From positions 1 through 35,528 of IMG/VR virus record IMGVR_UViG_3300025389_000055: 35,528 nucleotides of DNA. One strand, given 5' to 3'. Source of the DNA: a virus. Its lineage: Duplodnaviria; Caudoviricetes. The position numbers and the translations under genes are program-made. The first letter of the stretch is position 1. Each line of letters begins with the position of its first letter. Shown here piece by piece: positions 10,694-19,434 of this stretch. The notes beneath the pieces were generated by a model. It ran no database searches. It had not been told where the DNA came from and saw nothing but the letters and a program-made list of their open reading frames with translations.

Positions 10694-13458
10694 TGGCAGC
10701 CGTACCAAAAGAAGATTTGCCTAGCGCAGTACCAGAGCACGATTTACCAGGTGCGGAAGAACCACGTCCAGAAAAAGAAAAGCCATCTGCATTACAATCT
10801 ATAGGTGAAGCTGCTGCAAGTGGTTTTGGATTAGGTGCGTTTGCTCCTGAGTTAATGGAAACCGCAGGGGTTGGTTTAACATCCGCAGGTAGATATATTC
10901 CTGGGATGCCAGGTAAAGTGGCTACAGGAATTGGAGCAGGACTAACTGCTGGTGGTGAAGCATTGCGTGGTAGTCGAGTAGCCTCTGCTGTTGGAGGCGG
11001 TATATCCGGTGCTACTGGGGAAACGGCGGGTCAAGTTGTTGAATCAAAATATGGTCCTGGTGTTGGAGCAGAAACAGCTAGATTGCTTGGTTCTGTGGTT
11101 GGGCCAGAACCTTTTTACCAATTAGGCAAATTGCCAACTGGTGTTAAATCATTGTTCGGTATGTTGCCTGGTGGCAAAACAGCCCGTACGCTTGGTGATT
11201 TGTTGCAAGAGAAAGGTATAAGCTCTAATCAAATCAATAACTTATCACAACAGCAACAAGAGTTTGTGCAACGTAAACTCAAAGATATACGTGGTACTGA
11301 TCAGGCTTCTTTGCAAGCAGAAAAAGATATTGTTGATCTGTTTCGCAAACAAGCTCAAACAATTACGCAAACGGCTGAACAACAAGCAACAACGCTTGAA
11401 CAACAAGCTAATGCAATTATTCAACAAGCACAAACCGGCGGCCGTGCAGCTATAGCTGATGCAAACAAAAAAGTGGCTGCATTGCGTAGCCAGTGGGATG
11501 CTGCGGCCGATAAATTAAGAAGCCAAGCTCAGGTTGAGGCTAGAACGCAAATTGAAGCTGGTGCTAAACGTGCTGCAATTATTCGCCGTAATTCACAGAA
11601 TCAAAGTTCTACTGTGCGTCAATTAGCAGAGATTGATGCCAAGCAAACGGAAGATCAAGCACGTCAAGCTGCTGACAAAATTATTCAAGATTCTGCAAAA
11701 CAGATTGCAACAACGCAAAAACGGTTAGAAGCACAACAAGAACGTCTTAGAAAGTTTGGTGCAGCGACCAAAGAACAACAAGCGCAAGAAATTGGCAAAG
11801 TGGGTGAACGAATACTGCCAACAGAATTAGGTGGGCAGATACGTCCATTGTTTGATAAACAGCTTAAGTCTTTAGTTGAGGCAAGAGAAGCGGCATTTAA
11901 GCCATTCAAAGATGCTTGGTTAAATTCAATTAAAAACTTAGAGGGTAGCGGTAAAACCTACCGTGATATACCTGGCTATCAAGAAACATTGAATAAGATA
12001 GATACGGAGTTAATTGATCCAACAACCCGTATGACACGGCAAACTGATCCTAAAGTAGTAGAACAGATCAAACGTGTCAAAGACCAAATCAATCCAGTAC
12101 GTAGAGGCGTTGACCCTAATACTGGAGAAGTGTTTGAAGCACCTGTTAAAGCATCTGCTGAGTCTCTTGAAACTTTGGTGCGCCGTCTTAAAGATCGTGC
12201 AGCAGGATTGCCAGCAGAGGGCGTAGAGGCAATTGACCAACAGTTAGCCGGACGTTTAGCTGATTACACACAGAAACTTATTGATGATTTTTCTGGTGGT
12301 GCATACAACGCAGCCAAAAACGCATATAAAGAATTATCTAGGCCGCTTAATGAGTTTCGTACACGTTTAGGTCGTTACGTCACAGACAAACCAGAAGGGT
12401 TTGATCTTGGTGACTATATGGAAAAGCTGTCTGGTGTTGGCGGCCAAGTGTTTGGTAATGCTAATACTGCACGTCAATTGTTGTCTGTAGCAGGGCTAGA
12501 GGAAAGCAACAGATTAGCAAGAGGTTATTTGGCTGATCAAATTGGTGAGCCAACTAAAAACAAAATACGCTCTGTTTTAGAAACAAATCGAGATTGGTTG
12601 GCTTTACCTGAGTTTAAGACGTTACGCACAGAACTCGAAAGTGTAGCAAAAAACATAGAAAAAACAACAGATTACCAAAAGCGTTTAGATATACTTGAGC
12701 GCACATTAAAGACGAAAGTTAGCCAAGTACCAGGTTTGCCTGAGAAAGAAGCGGCAAGAGTAGAACAACGTGGATTAACTGAAGCTGAACGCATCAGACG
12801 TGACGCAGAACGTGCTGCTGGACGGATTGAAGCGGGTGCTGAAAAACGTATTGGGCAAGTTACCCCAAGCACTGAAGCCTTACGTCAATTAGGTGAACAA
12901 CAAGTTACATCTGGTGCTAAAGCGGTTGAGTCACGCGCCGCTACCATGCAAGCTGAAGCGGCTGCAAAAGCAAAACAGTTAGAAACTGAAGCCGGTCAAG
13001 TTGCTGCACCATTGACTAAAGAAGCACAAAAAGTACGCCAAGAAGCACAGAAAAAGGTAGATGAATTACTAGCAGATACTACGGCTAGTGATCGTGTTGA
13101 AAAGATTATTACCGGTAGCAAGCAAAGCGAATGGCAAGCTATGGGCGAAATTTTGCGTAATACCCCTGGCGGCCAGGACAAGTTTTCCAAAGCTGTGTCA
13201 CAAGTTATTGCAAGGGAAGCAGAGCGTAGTTTGAAGGGCGCAATAAACAAGATGCAAAAGATTGGCGATAGAGCGGTAGAGTTTGGTTTGATGGATCAAA
13301 AGGCTGTAGATGCTTTACAAAAGAAACTCAGCGACATTTTTGTAGCACCTATTGATCAATTGACCAAAACGACAATGTTACAACGGGCTATCAAAAATGC
13401 GTTTGTGTTTGAGGTTGGCCGCCCTGCTCAAGCAGTGGTTGACCAAGCATTGTTTTGA
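10693..13458 (+). CDS. Large internal virion (ejection) protein, 921 aa
   Basis: TAATG coupling; Gly-rich N-terminal helices, extensive coiled coil; last and largest of the cluster. Confidence 0.65.
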   Translation: MAAVPKEDLPSAVPEHDLPGAEEPRPEKEKPSALQSIGEAAASGFGLGAFAPELMETAGVGLTSAGRYIPGMPGKVATGIGAGLTAGGEALRGSRVASAVGGGISGATGETAGQVVESKYGPGVGAETARLLGSVVGPEPFYQLGKLPTGVKSLFGMLPGGKTARTLGDLLQEKGISSNQINNLSQQQQEFVQRKLKDIRGTDQASLQAEKDIVDLFRKQAQTITQTAEQQATTLEQQANAIIQQAQTGGRAAIADANKKVAALRSQWDAAADKLRSQAQVEARTQIEAGAKRAAIIRRNSQNQSSTVRQLAEIDAKQTEDQARQAADKIIQDSAKQIATTQKRLEAQQERLRKFGAATKEQQAQEIGKVGERILPTELGGQIRPLFDKQLKSLVEAREAAFKPFKDAWLNSIKNLEGSGKTYRDIPGYQETLNKIDTELIDPTTRMTRQTDPKVVEQIKRVKDQINPVRRGVDPNTGEVFEAPVKASAESLETLVRRLKDRAAGLPAEGVEAIDQQLAGRLADYTQKLIDDFSGGAYNAAKNAYKELSRPLNEFRTRLGRYVTDKPEGFDLGDYMEKLSGVGGQVFGNANTARQLLSVAGLEESNRLARGYLADQIGEPTKNKIRSVLETNRDWLALPEFKTLRTELESVAKNIEKTTDYQKRLDILERTLKTKVSQVPGLPEKEAARVEQRGLTEAERIRRDAERAAGRIEAGAEKRIGQVTPSTEALRQLGEQQVTSGAKAVESRAATMQAEAAAKAKQLETEAGQVAAPLTKEAQKVRQEAQKKVDELLADTTASDRVEKIITGSKQSEWQAMGEILRNTPGGQDKFSKAVSQVIAREAERSLKGAINKMQKIGDRAVEFGLMDQKAVDALQKKLSDIFVAPIDQLTKTTMLQRAIKNAFVFEVGRPAQAVVDQALF

Positions 13459-13542
13459 AACGCATGAAAGCGACAGGCCCGTATTACTGGGATGAAGTGC
13501 GGCAAGGTACACCGCAGAAAGTACCGTTATTGGGGATAGGAA

Positions 13543-13740
13543 ATGAAAAAGAAGGACAAGGGCATCAACCCGGACTTGGAGGACGCAATCAACGAGATGT
13601 TGAAATCAGTGATGGTGGACGAGACAGCCTCGATCACAGACAAGATGAAAGTCATTGACAGGGCATTGAAACTAGAGTCAATACGCCTTAAAGTGTCAGA
13701 TGATGAGTGGGGAAGCGGTTTCGCCACTGAGGACGAATAG
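13543..13740 (+). CDS. Hypothetical protein, 65 aa
   Basis: GGGGATAGGA RBS; helical, charged sequence. Confidence 0.7.
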   Translation: MKKKDKGINPDLEDAINEMLKSVMVDETASITDKMKVIDRALKLESIRLKVSDDEWGSGFATEDE

Positions 13741-13748
13741 GGGATAGG

Positions 13749-13988
13749 ATGGACGGGATAGCGATAGTCAGACTGGCATTGTCAGTCGTGACGGAAAGGT
13801 TGTTGGCAATACTGGCGTTAGCATTAGTGTTTACGTTGGCTTGTTGGACAATGTACGATCCGAGATGGGAGCGAATGGGTACAATGGCTTTCTTCTCTAT
13901 TTTCAGTTACTTACTAATGAATAGGAGTATGCCAAATGCAGTCGAGAAAACATCAGCGTCCACACGAAACGAATCAGCAGATAGCTAA
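13749..13988 (+). CDS. Small two-TM membrane protein, 79 aa
   Basis: GGGG RBS; two hydrophobic segments. Confidence 0.65.
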   Translation: MDGIAIVRLALSVVTERLLAILALALVFTLACWTMYDPRWERMGTMAFFSIFSYLLMNRSMPNAVEKTSASTRNESADS

Positions 13989-14151
13989 GTCAGTACGTCC
14001 ACAACTGCCTAGAGATGGCAGTGCAGGGATGGAAGCCTGGCAACCAGGTGAACTACCGAGAGGTGGTTATAGAACCGTGTTCTGTATGGATGACAAACCT
14101 TTTCAAACCAAACTGTCTCCCACGAGCGGTGGTGGCAAGAAGGTGTACTAA
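13936..14151 (+). CDS. Hypothetical basic protein, 71 aa
   Basis: AGGAG RBS upstream; TAATG coupling to next gene. Confidence 0.65.
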   Translation: MQSRKHQRPHETNQQIAKSVRPQLPRDGSAGMEAWQPGELPRGGYRTVFCMDDKPFQTKLSPTSGGGKKVY

Positions 14152-14504
14152 TGGCTATAGTTTCCTCATTCCAGGCTATGGGTAAGACGTATAAAGCAAA
14201 CGTCACCATTACTAGCCAGATCATACAAATACAGGCAGATGGCCCATGTAATCAGTTGTTGGTGGCTAATCATCAACCCACTGGTTCTGGTGGACAGCCT
14301 GTTTACTTTCAAGTAACGGGTAATTCCTCCGCTACGGTAGCTGCGCCTAGCAATGGTAGCCCTCAGTATTGCTTGGTGTCTGTGCCTGGCACTTCAAGAA
14401 CTTACACCATACCAGGACAGTTTGGTACGTCCTCTAACGTATACATTGCGTTTATAGGTGAAGGCACATCTGAGTGTTACTTTACTCCAGGCGAAGGCCT
14501 ATAA
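14151..14504 (+). CDS. Small beta-rich virion protein, 117 aa (paralogue of 3179-3520)
   Basis: Shares F...G.T, NQ...N and Y.TPG.G motifs with 3179-3520. Confidence 0.65.
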   Translation: MAIVSSFQAMGKTYKANVTITSQIIQIQADGPCNQLLVANHQPTGSGGQPVYFQVTGNSSATVAAPSNGSPQYCLVSVPGTSRTYTIPGQFGTSSNVYIAFIGEGTSECYFTPGEGL

Positions 14505-14651
14505 GTGGATACATTAGACCTAATTGCAAAGCTATGGCCTATGGTCTTAGGCTTTGTCACATTAGTCATAGTGTTAGCTAAGATGGATGTACGGATTGGC
14601 GTAGTAGAAGAAAAGATTAAGACGTTGTTTGAACTGTGGAACAAAAAGTGA
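14505..14651 (+). CDS. Small membrane protein, 48 aa (not in ORF track)
   Basis: GTG start right after upstream stop; MDTLDLIAKLWPMVLGFVTLVIVLAK...; GTGA overlap with next gene. Confidence 0.7.
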   Translation: MDTLDLIAKLWPMVLGFVTLVIVLAKMDVRIGVVEEKIKTLFELWNKK

Positions 14652-14827
14652 ACCACGAAACTATACTGATCTGGCTATTGGTGTATGTAGTAGCCATTTC
14701 TGGAACAGTAGGCGCAGTATGTAATTTTGACGTTATACCGTGTGAACAGACGGGTGATACGACACAGTGGACATTGCAGCTAATTGCAGTCGTTGTGTCA
14801 TTACTAGCAGGAAGAAAAGATGGCTGA
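14648..14827 (+). CDS. Small two-TM membrane protein, 59 aa (lysis region)
   Basis: GTGA overlap start; two hydrophobic segments flanking a Cys pair. Confidence 0.6.
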   Translation: MNHETILIWLLVYVVAISGTVGAVCNFDVIPCEQTGDTTQWTLQLIAVVVSLLAGRKDG

Positions 14828-15329
14828 TTGGTTAGATACTTTAGAGAAGTTAGCACCCACTGTTGCGTCAGCCCTTGGTAGTCCTGTAGCGGGTATGGCT
14901 GTCGGTGCTCTTGAGTCTGCCTTGGGTATGTCTGGTGATGACGTACAAAAGACGATTGAGACAGGTAAGCTAACTGGTGAGCAAGTAGCGGCCATTCAGC
15001 AAGCTGAACTTGCTATCAAGGCTAAGGCACAAGAACTAGGCTTAGACTTTGCCAAGTTAGGCAATGAAGACAGAGCCAGTGCCAGGCAGATGCAAACCAC
15101 TGTCAAAAGCTGGATACCTTCTTTTCTCGCAATTATTGTCACAGTGGGATTCTTCGGAATACTGGTAGGCTTGATGACAGGAAAGATTGAACAAGCTGCT
15201 GAAGTCGATATTATGTTAGGTAGTTTAGGTACGGCTTGGACTGGGATTATCGCTTTCTATTTTGGCTCTAGTGCTTCTAGTCAGGCTAAAGATCACATGA
15301 TTCACAACAGTACACCGATAGAAAAATGA
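14820..15329 (+). CDS. Putative holin, 169 aa
   Basis: LAPTVASALG N-terminus, C-terminal TM helices ending FYFGSS; immediately upstream of endolysin. Confidence 0.65.
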   Translation: MADWLDTLEKLAPTVASALGSPVAGMAVGALESALGMSGDDVQKTIETGKLTGEQVAAIQQAELAIKAKAQELGLDFAKLGNEDRASARQMQTTVKSWIPSFLAIIVTVGFFGILVGLMTGKIEQAAEVDIMLGSLGTAWTGIIAFYFGSSASSQAKDHMIHNSTPIEK

Positions 15330-15754
15330 ATCTAACACCGCACTTCACCTTGGCAGAACTCACCGTCACCGATCATCGGGAACTCGACAACACTCCCAAT
15401 GATGAGGTCATTGCTAACCTGACTAGGCTTGCCGAGTTTCTTGAGAGAGTAAAGGTACTCCTTGGCGGCAAACCGATCATGGTAAATTCCGCTTACCGCT
15501 CCCCAGCAGTAAACGAAGCAGTAGGTTCTAAAGGTACTAGTCAACACATCTTGGGCTGCGCTGCTGACATACGCGTACCTGGCATGACTCCTGATGAGGT
15601 CTGCAAAGCTGTGATTGGCAGTGACTTGCCCTTTGATCAAATCATCAGAGAGTTCGACAGATGGACTCATGTATCTGTACCATCACGTTTAGGTGAGTTG
15701 CCTCGCGGCCAAGCCTTGATCATAGATCGGTCAGGAACACGTAAATATGAGTGA
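15326..15754 (+). CDS. Endolysin, peptidase M15A family, 142 aa
   Basis: NSAYRS, SQHILGCAAD (SxHxxGxAxD) and WTHVS zinc-binding motifs. Confidence 0.9.
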   Translation: MNLTPHFTLAELTVTDHRELDNTPNDEVIANLTRLAEFLERVKVLLGGKPIMVNSAYRSPAVNEAVGSKGTSQHILGCAADIRVPGMTPDEVCKAVIGSDLPFDQIIREFDRWTHVSVPSRLGELPRGQALIIDRSGTRKYE

Positions 15755-15968
15755 TACAAACCTTTCAGTCGGGCGTGGCGAGAAACTCTCCGTAAAAGCG
15801 GGGGGAGGGCTAACCGCAAAAGGTAGACGCAAATATAACAAAGCAACAGGCTCAAACCTAAAAGCACCACAAAAATCAGGCCCAAGACATAAATCATTTT
15901 GTGCTCGCTCGAAACATTGGAAAGGAGAGCGGGGGAAGGCCGCGCGTAGACGATGGGGGTGTAGATGA
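15747..15968 (+). CDS. Small very basic protein, 73 aa
   Basis: GGLTAKGR...NLKAP...SFCAR...RRWGC pattern common in aquatic phages. Confidence 0.75.
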   Translation: MSDTNLSVGRGEKLSVKAGGGLTAKGRRKYNKATGSNLKAPQKSGPRHKSFCARSKHWKGERGKAARRRWGCR

Positions 15969-16108
15969 AAGACGGACTATATGCAAATATCCACCGCAAG
16001 AGAGAACGGATAAAACACGGGTCAAAAGAGCGCATGAGGAAGCCTGGAAGTAAAGGTGCTCCAACTGCTGAAGCATTTCGTAAGTCCAAGCGTACCGCAA
16101 AACGGTAA
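15965..16108 (+). CDS. Small very basic protein, 47 aa (not in ORF track)
   Basis: ATGA overlap; MKDGLYANIHRKRERIKHGSKERMRKPGSKGAPTAEAFRKSKRTAKR. Confidence 0.8.
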   Translation: MKDGLYANIHRKRERIKHGSKERMRKPGSKGAPTAEAFRKSKRTAKR

Positions 16109-16135
16109 AAAAAACCCCTGGTGTGATCACAGGGG
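16107..16135 (-). terminator. Rho-independent terminator at the convergence of the two arms
   Basis: CCCCTG/CAGGGG stem followed by T8 on the minus strand. Confidence 0.75.
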
Positions 16136-16170
16136 CTAACGCACTTGCAGTGCGAGAGGAGTAACTACGC

Positions 16171-16689
16171 TTAGACAATATCATTGCTAAGTTTAGTCAT
16201 TGTGACAACCAAGTGTGGCCCAAAGTAATCCATAGCCTTGATAGAAAACTTCCCCTTAAAGCCATAGTTCTTTCCCCAAGTCTTGTGTTCATCAAAGTAT
16301 TCACCAAACGTATCCGGTGTGACGTAATTGACGTGTGTAGGGTCTTGGAAGGCTGCTGCATGAGGGAAAGCAGGGGTAGAGGACATGAACGTACCGCCTA
16401 GCTTCATCACTCGCCATATCTCACTCATGACGTTTACAAAGGGGTAAAGACGCACTACCCCACCCTTTTGACTGTCAGATAGGTATAACTGTCTAGGAAT
16501 GTGTTCTAGGAAGTCATAGGCCGTTACATACTCAAACATACAGTCATCAAACGGTATAGGCTGAATAGCTAGGTCTGCTACCTTAATGAGAGGGTTATCA
16601 AAGGTTTGCAGGTCAACTCCGTATACGAAGTCTGCCGCAAAGGGATTGCGTGGATTAGGGCCGCAGCCCAGGTCGAGAGCGTTCATCAT
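16171..16689 (-). CDS. Class I SAM-dependent methyltransferase, 172 aa
   Basis: LDLGCG motif I, GVD, FLEHI, EIWRVMKLGG, QDPTH. Confidence 0.9.
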   Translation of the reverse strand: MMNALDLGCGPNPRNPFAADFVYGVDLQTFDNPLIKVADLAIQPIPFDDCMFEYVTAYDFLEHIPRQLYLSDSQKGGVVRLYPFVNVMSEIWRVMKLGGTFMSSTPAFPHAAAFQDPTHVNYVTPDTFGEYFDEHKTWGKNYGFKGKFSIKAMDYFGPHLVVTMTKLSNDIV

Positions 16690-17441
16690 GGTGCGGGTAA
16701 CAACTGCCCTTCAAAGCAGTATGTGCCTACGTGTGCCAGTGATACCCAAGGGGCTGCCCAAACAGAGATGCCATTCTTTCTAGCCAGTTTGCAGAAGTAG
16801 TAATCCTCAGAGAGTAGTACACCTGTTTCGTCATCAATAGCTGTGGTGAAGTATTCATAGATACGTTCAGCCTGTAGGCTGTTAGCTAGGTCTGTGACGT
16901 TGTTTGTGTAAAAGCCTACTTTGTCCTTTAGTTGCTCAAATACTTCACGCTTGATCAGCATAAAGCCTGTACCACCGTTGTATATCTCAATAGGCTCGTT
17001 GACAGGCACGGTGACTGAACCAGAGTAGTTATACAGGTTGACCACGAAAGAGCCTGTATGCCATTTTAATTGATCGTTAGGTACGCCATTGTCCATCGCC
17101 ATCTTGACGGTATCCCAGTTGATCTCTTTCTTGGGATAGATACCGCAGATAATGTCCTTGTCAGCCTCTAGCATCTTGAAGAAGTGATCAGGATGGAAAC
17201 GAATGTCTGAGTCGATAAAGAGTAGGTGAGTGGCCTCAGAACCTAGGAAGCCATGCGCCATACCGTTACGAGCACGGGTGATCAGAGATTCATTAAACAT
17301 GAAAGAGAAGGTGATATTGATACCTCTTTCATGGCATTGTTTTTGTAACAACATGATGGACTGGGTATAGAACCCAGTACACATTCCCCCGTACATAGGA
17401 GTTGCTACAAAGATGTGTGGTTGTTGTTTACCTTCAGACAT
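16686..17441 (-). CDS. GT-A fold glycosyltransferase-like protein, 251 aa
   Basis: FVATPMYGG, ESLITRARN, DxD motif FIDSDI, GTGFMLIKR, SEDYYFC, LAHVG. Confidence 0.85.
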   Translation of the reverse strand: MSEGKQQPHIFVATPMYGGMCTGFYTQSIMLLQKQCHERGINITFSFMFNESLITRARNGMAHGFLGSEATHLLFIDSDIRFHPDHFFKMLEADKDIICGIYPKKEINWDTVKMAMDNGVPNDQLKWHTGSFVVNLYNYSGSVTVPVNEPIEIYNGGTGFMLIKREVFEQLKDKVGFYTNNVTDLANSLQAERIYEYFTTAIDDETGVLLSEDYYFCKLARKNGISVWAAPWVSLAHVGTYCFEGQLLPAP

Positions 17442-17553
17442 AATTTTTCCTTATGGTTAGTGTGAGTGGGGCTGCCTGTAACGTCTGCCCCTTAACGTCC
17501 TAATCGGTTGCATGGGAGCACTCATACAACTCTGGTACAGGTTCCAGGGGTTG

Positions 17554-17871
17554 TTACTTGATCTCGTTCCCCAATAGGGTTAGGAAGTCTTTCCATTTCA
17601 TAATTGCGAGTGATTCTTTTCTGTCAGCACGGCACACCACGATGGGTGTCTGTCCTTCTTTACAAGCAGCTTGAGCCTGGTCTACCCAGTCATAAACAGC
17701 AATACCAGCACGCCGCTTACACTCGATAACAAAGCGATCCAGAACAATATCCGCACCACCATCTCTTGTCTGTTCCAAGTTTCGAACACAATGCACACCG
17801 AGATGATCAGCCAGATCATGCACAATATCTCGTTCATAGGTTGCTCCTTTAGTACGTTGTGTTTTACCCAT
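17554..17871 (-). CDS. Holliday junction resolvase, PD-(D/E)xK fold, 105 aa
   Basis: KGATYER, GADI, IECKR motifs. Confidence 0.8.
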   Translation of the reverse strand: MGKTQRTKGATYERDIVHDLADHLGVHCVRNLEQTRDGGADIVLDRFVIECKRRAGIAVYDWVDQAQAACKEGQTPIVVCRADRKESLAIMKWKDFLTLLGNEIK

Positions 17872-18125
17872 TAGAACGGTACGTCTGATTCGTAGGGTTT
17901 AGTGACTTCTTTAGGATAGGACTGTTGGTTCTTATCCTTCCAAGAATCATCCTCAATCTTGAGTAGGACGTATTCCTGCTGATTTCGAGTCATCTTCTTG
18001 AACAGAGCAAACTTCAATTTCTGTCCTTGATAGTTCATCTCGCCTTTCCAGTCAGGTTGATTCTCACTGGTCTTTTTATTGGGCCACATAAAGCTAGTGC
18101 CATCTGCTACTTCAAAATCTGCCAT
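17871..18125 (-). CDS. Small SSB-like protein, 84 aa
   Basis: QPDWKG motif and acidic C-terminal DVPF tail; GGAG RBS; recombination operon. Confidence 0.65.
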   Translation of the reverse strand: MADFEVADGTSFMWPNKKTSENQPDWKGEMNYQGQKLKFALFKKMTRNQQEYVLLKIEDDSWKDKNQQSYPKEVTKPYESDVPF

Positions 18126-18324
18126 GTTGTTTCTCCTGTATTAAGTGATACTTAGCAAAGGTCTTACCACCCTTGGTTACTGGTTCCGTATGGATGATAT
18201 GCCCCATCTCTCTTAAGTCATTGATTCGTGCTGCAAGTCTAGTCGTACCCACCAGTTCTAAGGCTTGTAACTGAGTCAATGGCCCTCTCTTTAACAAAGA
18301 CAATATCTGTTCATTCTGAGTTAT
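18112..18324 (-). CDS. Winged helix-turn-helix domain lacking a canonical start
   Basis: TQNEQILSLLKRGPLTQLQAL...RLAARINDLREMGHII...YHL; first helix lies upstream of the only TTG (18303). Confidence 0.75.
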   Translation of the reverse strand: MTQNEQILSLLKRGPLTQLQALELVGTTRLAARINDLREMGHIIHTEPVTKGGKTFAKYHLIQEKQHGRF

Positions 18325-19241
18325 TCCCGACCCAACGGGCTGTATTCCTCGAACTCGTCCACTGTCATGATCGGGCCTTTCGACTTTGGGGATGGAATAG
18401 CCTCTACAGGCTCAGGAACGGCTCCTAGAGCGTGTCCAGTAGCTTGTGCTATTACTGCCATCTGTAAAGCACTAAGTCGGCTCAGAGACCCCTTATTGAC
18501 CGATTTAAGGCTACGTACCTTTTCTGCCTTATCCTTAGAGTCTAGCTTGGTAGACTTACCTATCTTTTCCACCATCTCGTTGTAGGCAAATATCCAGTCC
18601 TCAGCATTGTGATGTGCTGAGTAGACAGTGCCATCGGGTAGGTTAAGCGGCCAAGTAGGTTCTGGTTGACCAAGATGCGTGATATTCCCTTCATCTGGAT
18701 GCGAGATGATAGTGTGAGGTAGTTCTACGGGTTGAGGGGTAATGTCCTTCATCTTGACTGGCTTATCATCAAAGTCAGCCACTTCCTCTGGCGTATACGT
18801 ACCGATCACGCAACCAGGGTAAACCGATCTAATGCCCTCAGAGACTACCCTAGCTCTTAGCATGGCTCTAGGATACTTAGACCAACCAGAGCCAGGCTTA
18901 TTCAGTCCTGCCTTGGTAGCCTGTTCAATGCTCCAAGACAGTTCCAGTGTGCCACCATTAGGGTGAGTAAAGACTCCTGTGACCAGTTGGTCTGTGTAAG
19001 ACTTCCAGTCCACCTTTCCACCTGCCTGTTGGAATCGGGCTAACATAGCGTCTGCCTTGAGAGCAGGTCTGCCTTGGATGATGTGGTAATCCCTAGCTGC
19101 TGTAGCAGGGTGTAATCCTTCAGCCTGTGCTACGAGCATCAGGGCTAATACTTCATTGACGTTCTTCATGCCAAACAGTCCTGACTTAGCAATACTGTCG
19201 GCCATCAAGGTCATGTCTTGAAACGGTACTAGGTTATTCAT
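18321..19241 (-). CDS. RecT/Red-beta-like single-strand annealing protein, 306 aa
   Basis: IIQGRP, WSKYPRAMLRAR, GTYTPEE motifs; near YqaJ; GGAG RBS before ATG 19241. Confidence 0.8.
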   Translation of the reverse strand: MNNLVPFQDMTLMADSIAKSGLFGMKNVNEVLALMLVAQAEGLHPATAARDYHIIQGRPALKADAMLARFQQAGGKVDWKSYTDQLVTGVFTHPNGGTLELSWSIEQATKAGLNKPGSGWSKYPRAMLRARVVSEGIRSVYPGCVIGTYTPEEVADFDDKPVKMKDITPQPVELPHTIISHPDEGNITHLGQPEPTWPLNLPDGTVYSAHHNAEDWIFAYNEMVEKIGKSTKLDSKDKAEKVRSLKSVNKGSLSRLSALQMAVIAQATGHALGAVPEPVEAIPSPKSKGPIMTVDEFEEYSPLGRE

Positions 19242-19434
19242 CTGTCTGCTCCCTTTGTTTAAGCATAGCGTCAGCAATCTTATAGGCGTTGATTGCCATA
19301 ACGGGTAGGGTTTTGTACTTGGTTACACAACCTATGAGGGCTTGACCAGCAAAGTAATCCCTCAAGTCCATACCAGGTTCTTCTACAAATAGACCTGAGT
19401 GTGGGTGTTTATATGAGTGAGGGAAGGCTTTCAT
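19234..19434 (-). CDS. Small conserved phage protein, 66 aa
   Basis: GMDLRDYFAGQAL...AYKIADAML motif; ATGA overlap. Confidence 0.8.
   Translation of the reverse strand: MKAFPHSYKHPHSGLFVEEPGMDLRDYFAGQALIGCVTKYKTLPVMAINAYKIADAMLKQREQTDE

Noticed and set aside
13455-13658. 67-aa ORF overlapping the 65-aa gene
   Set aside because: TTG start, no clear RBS; the overlapping ATG ORF at 13543 has a better RBS and protein-like sequence
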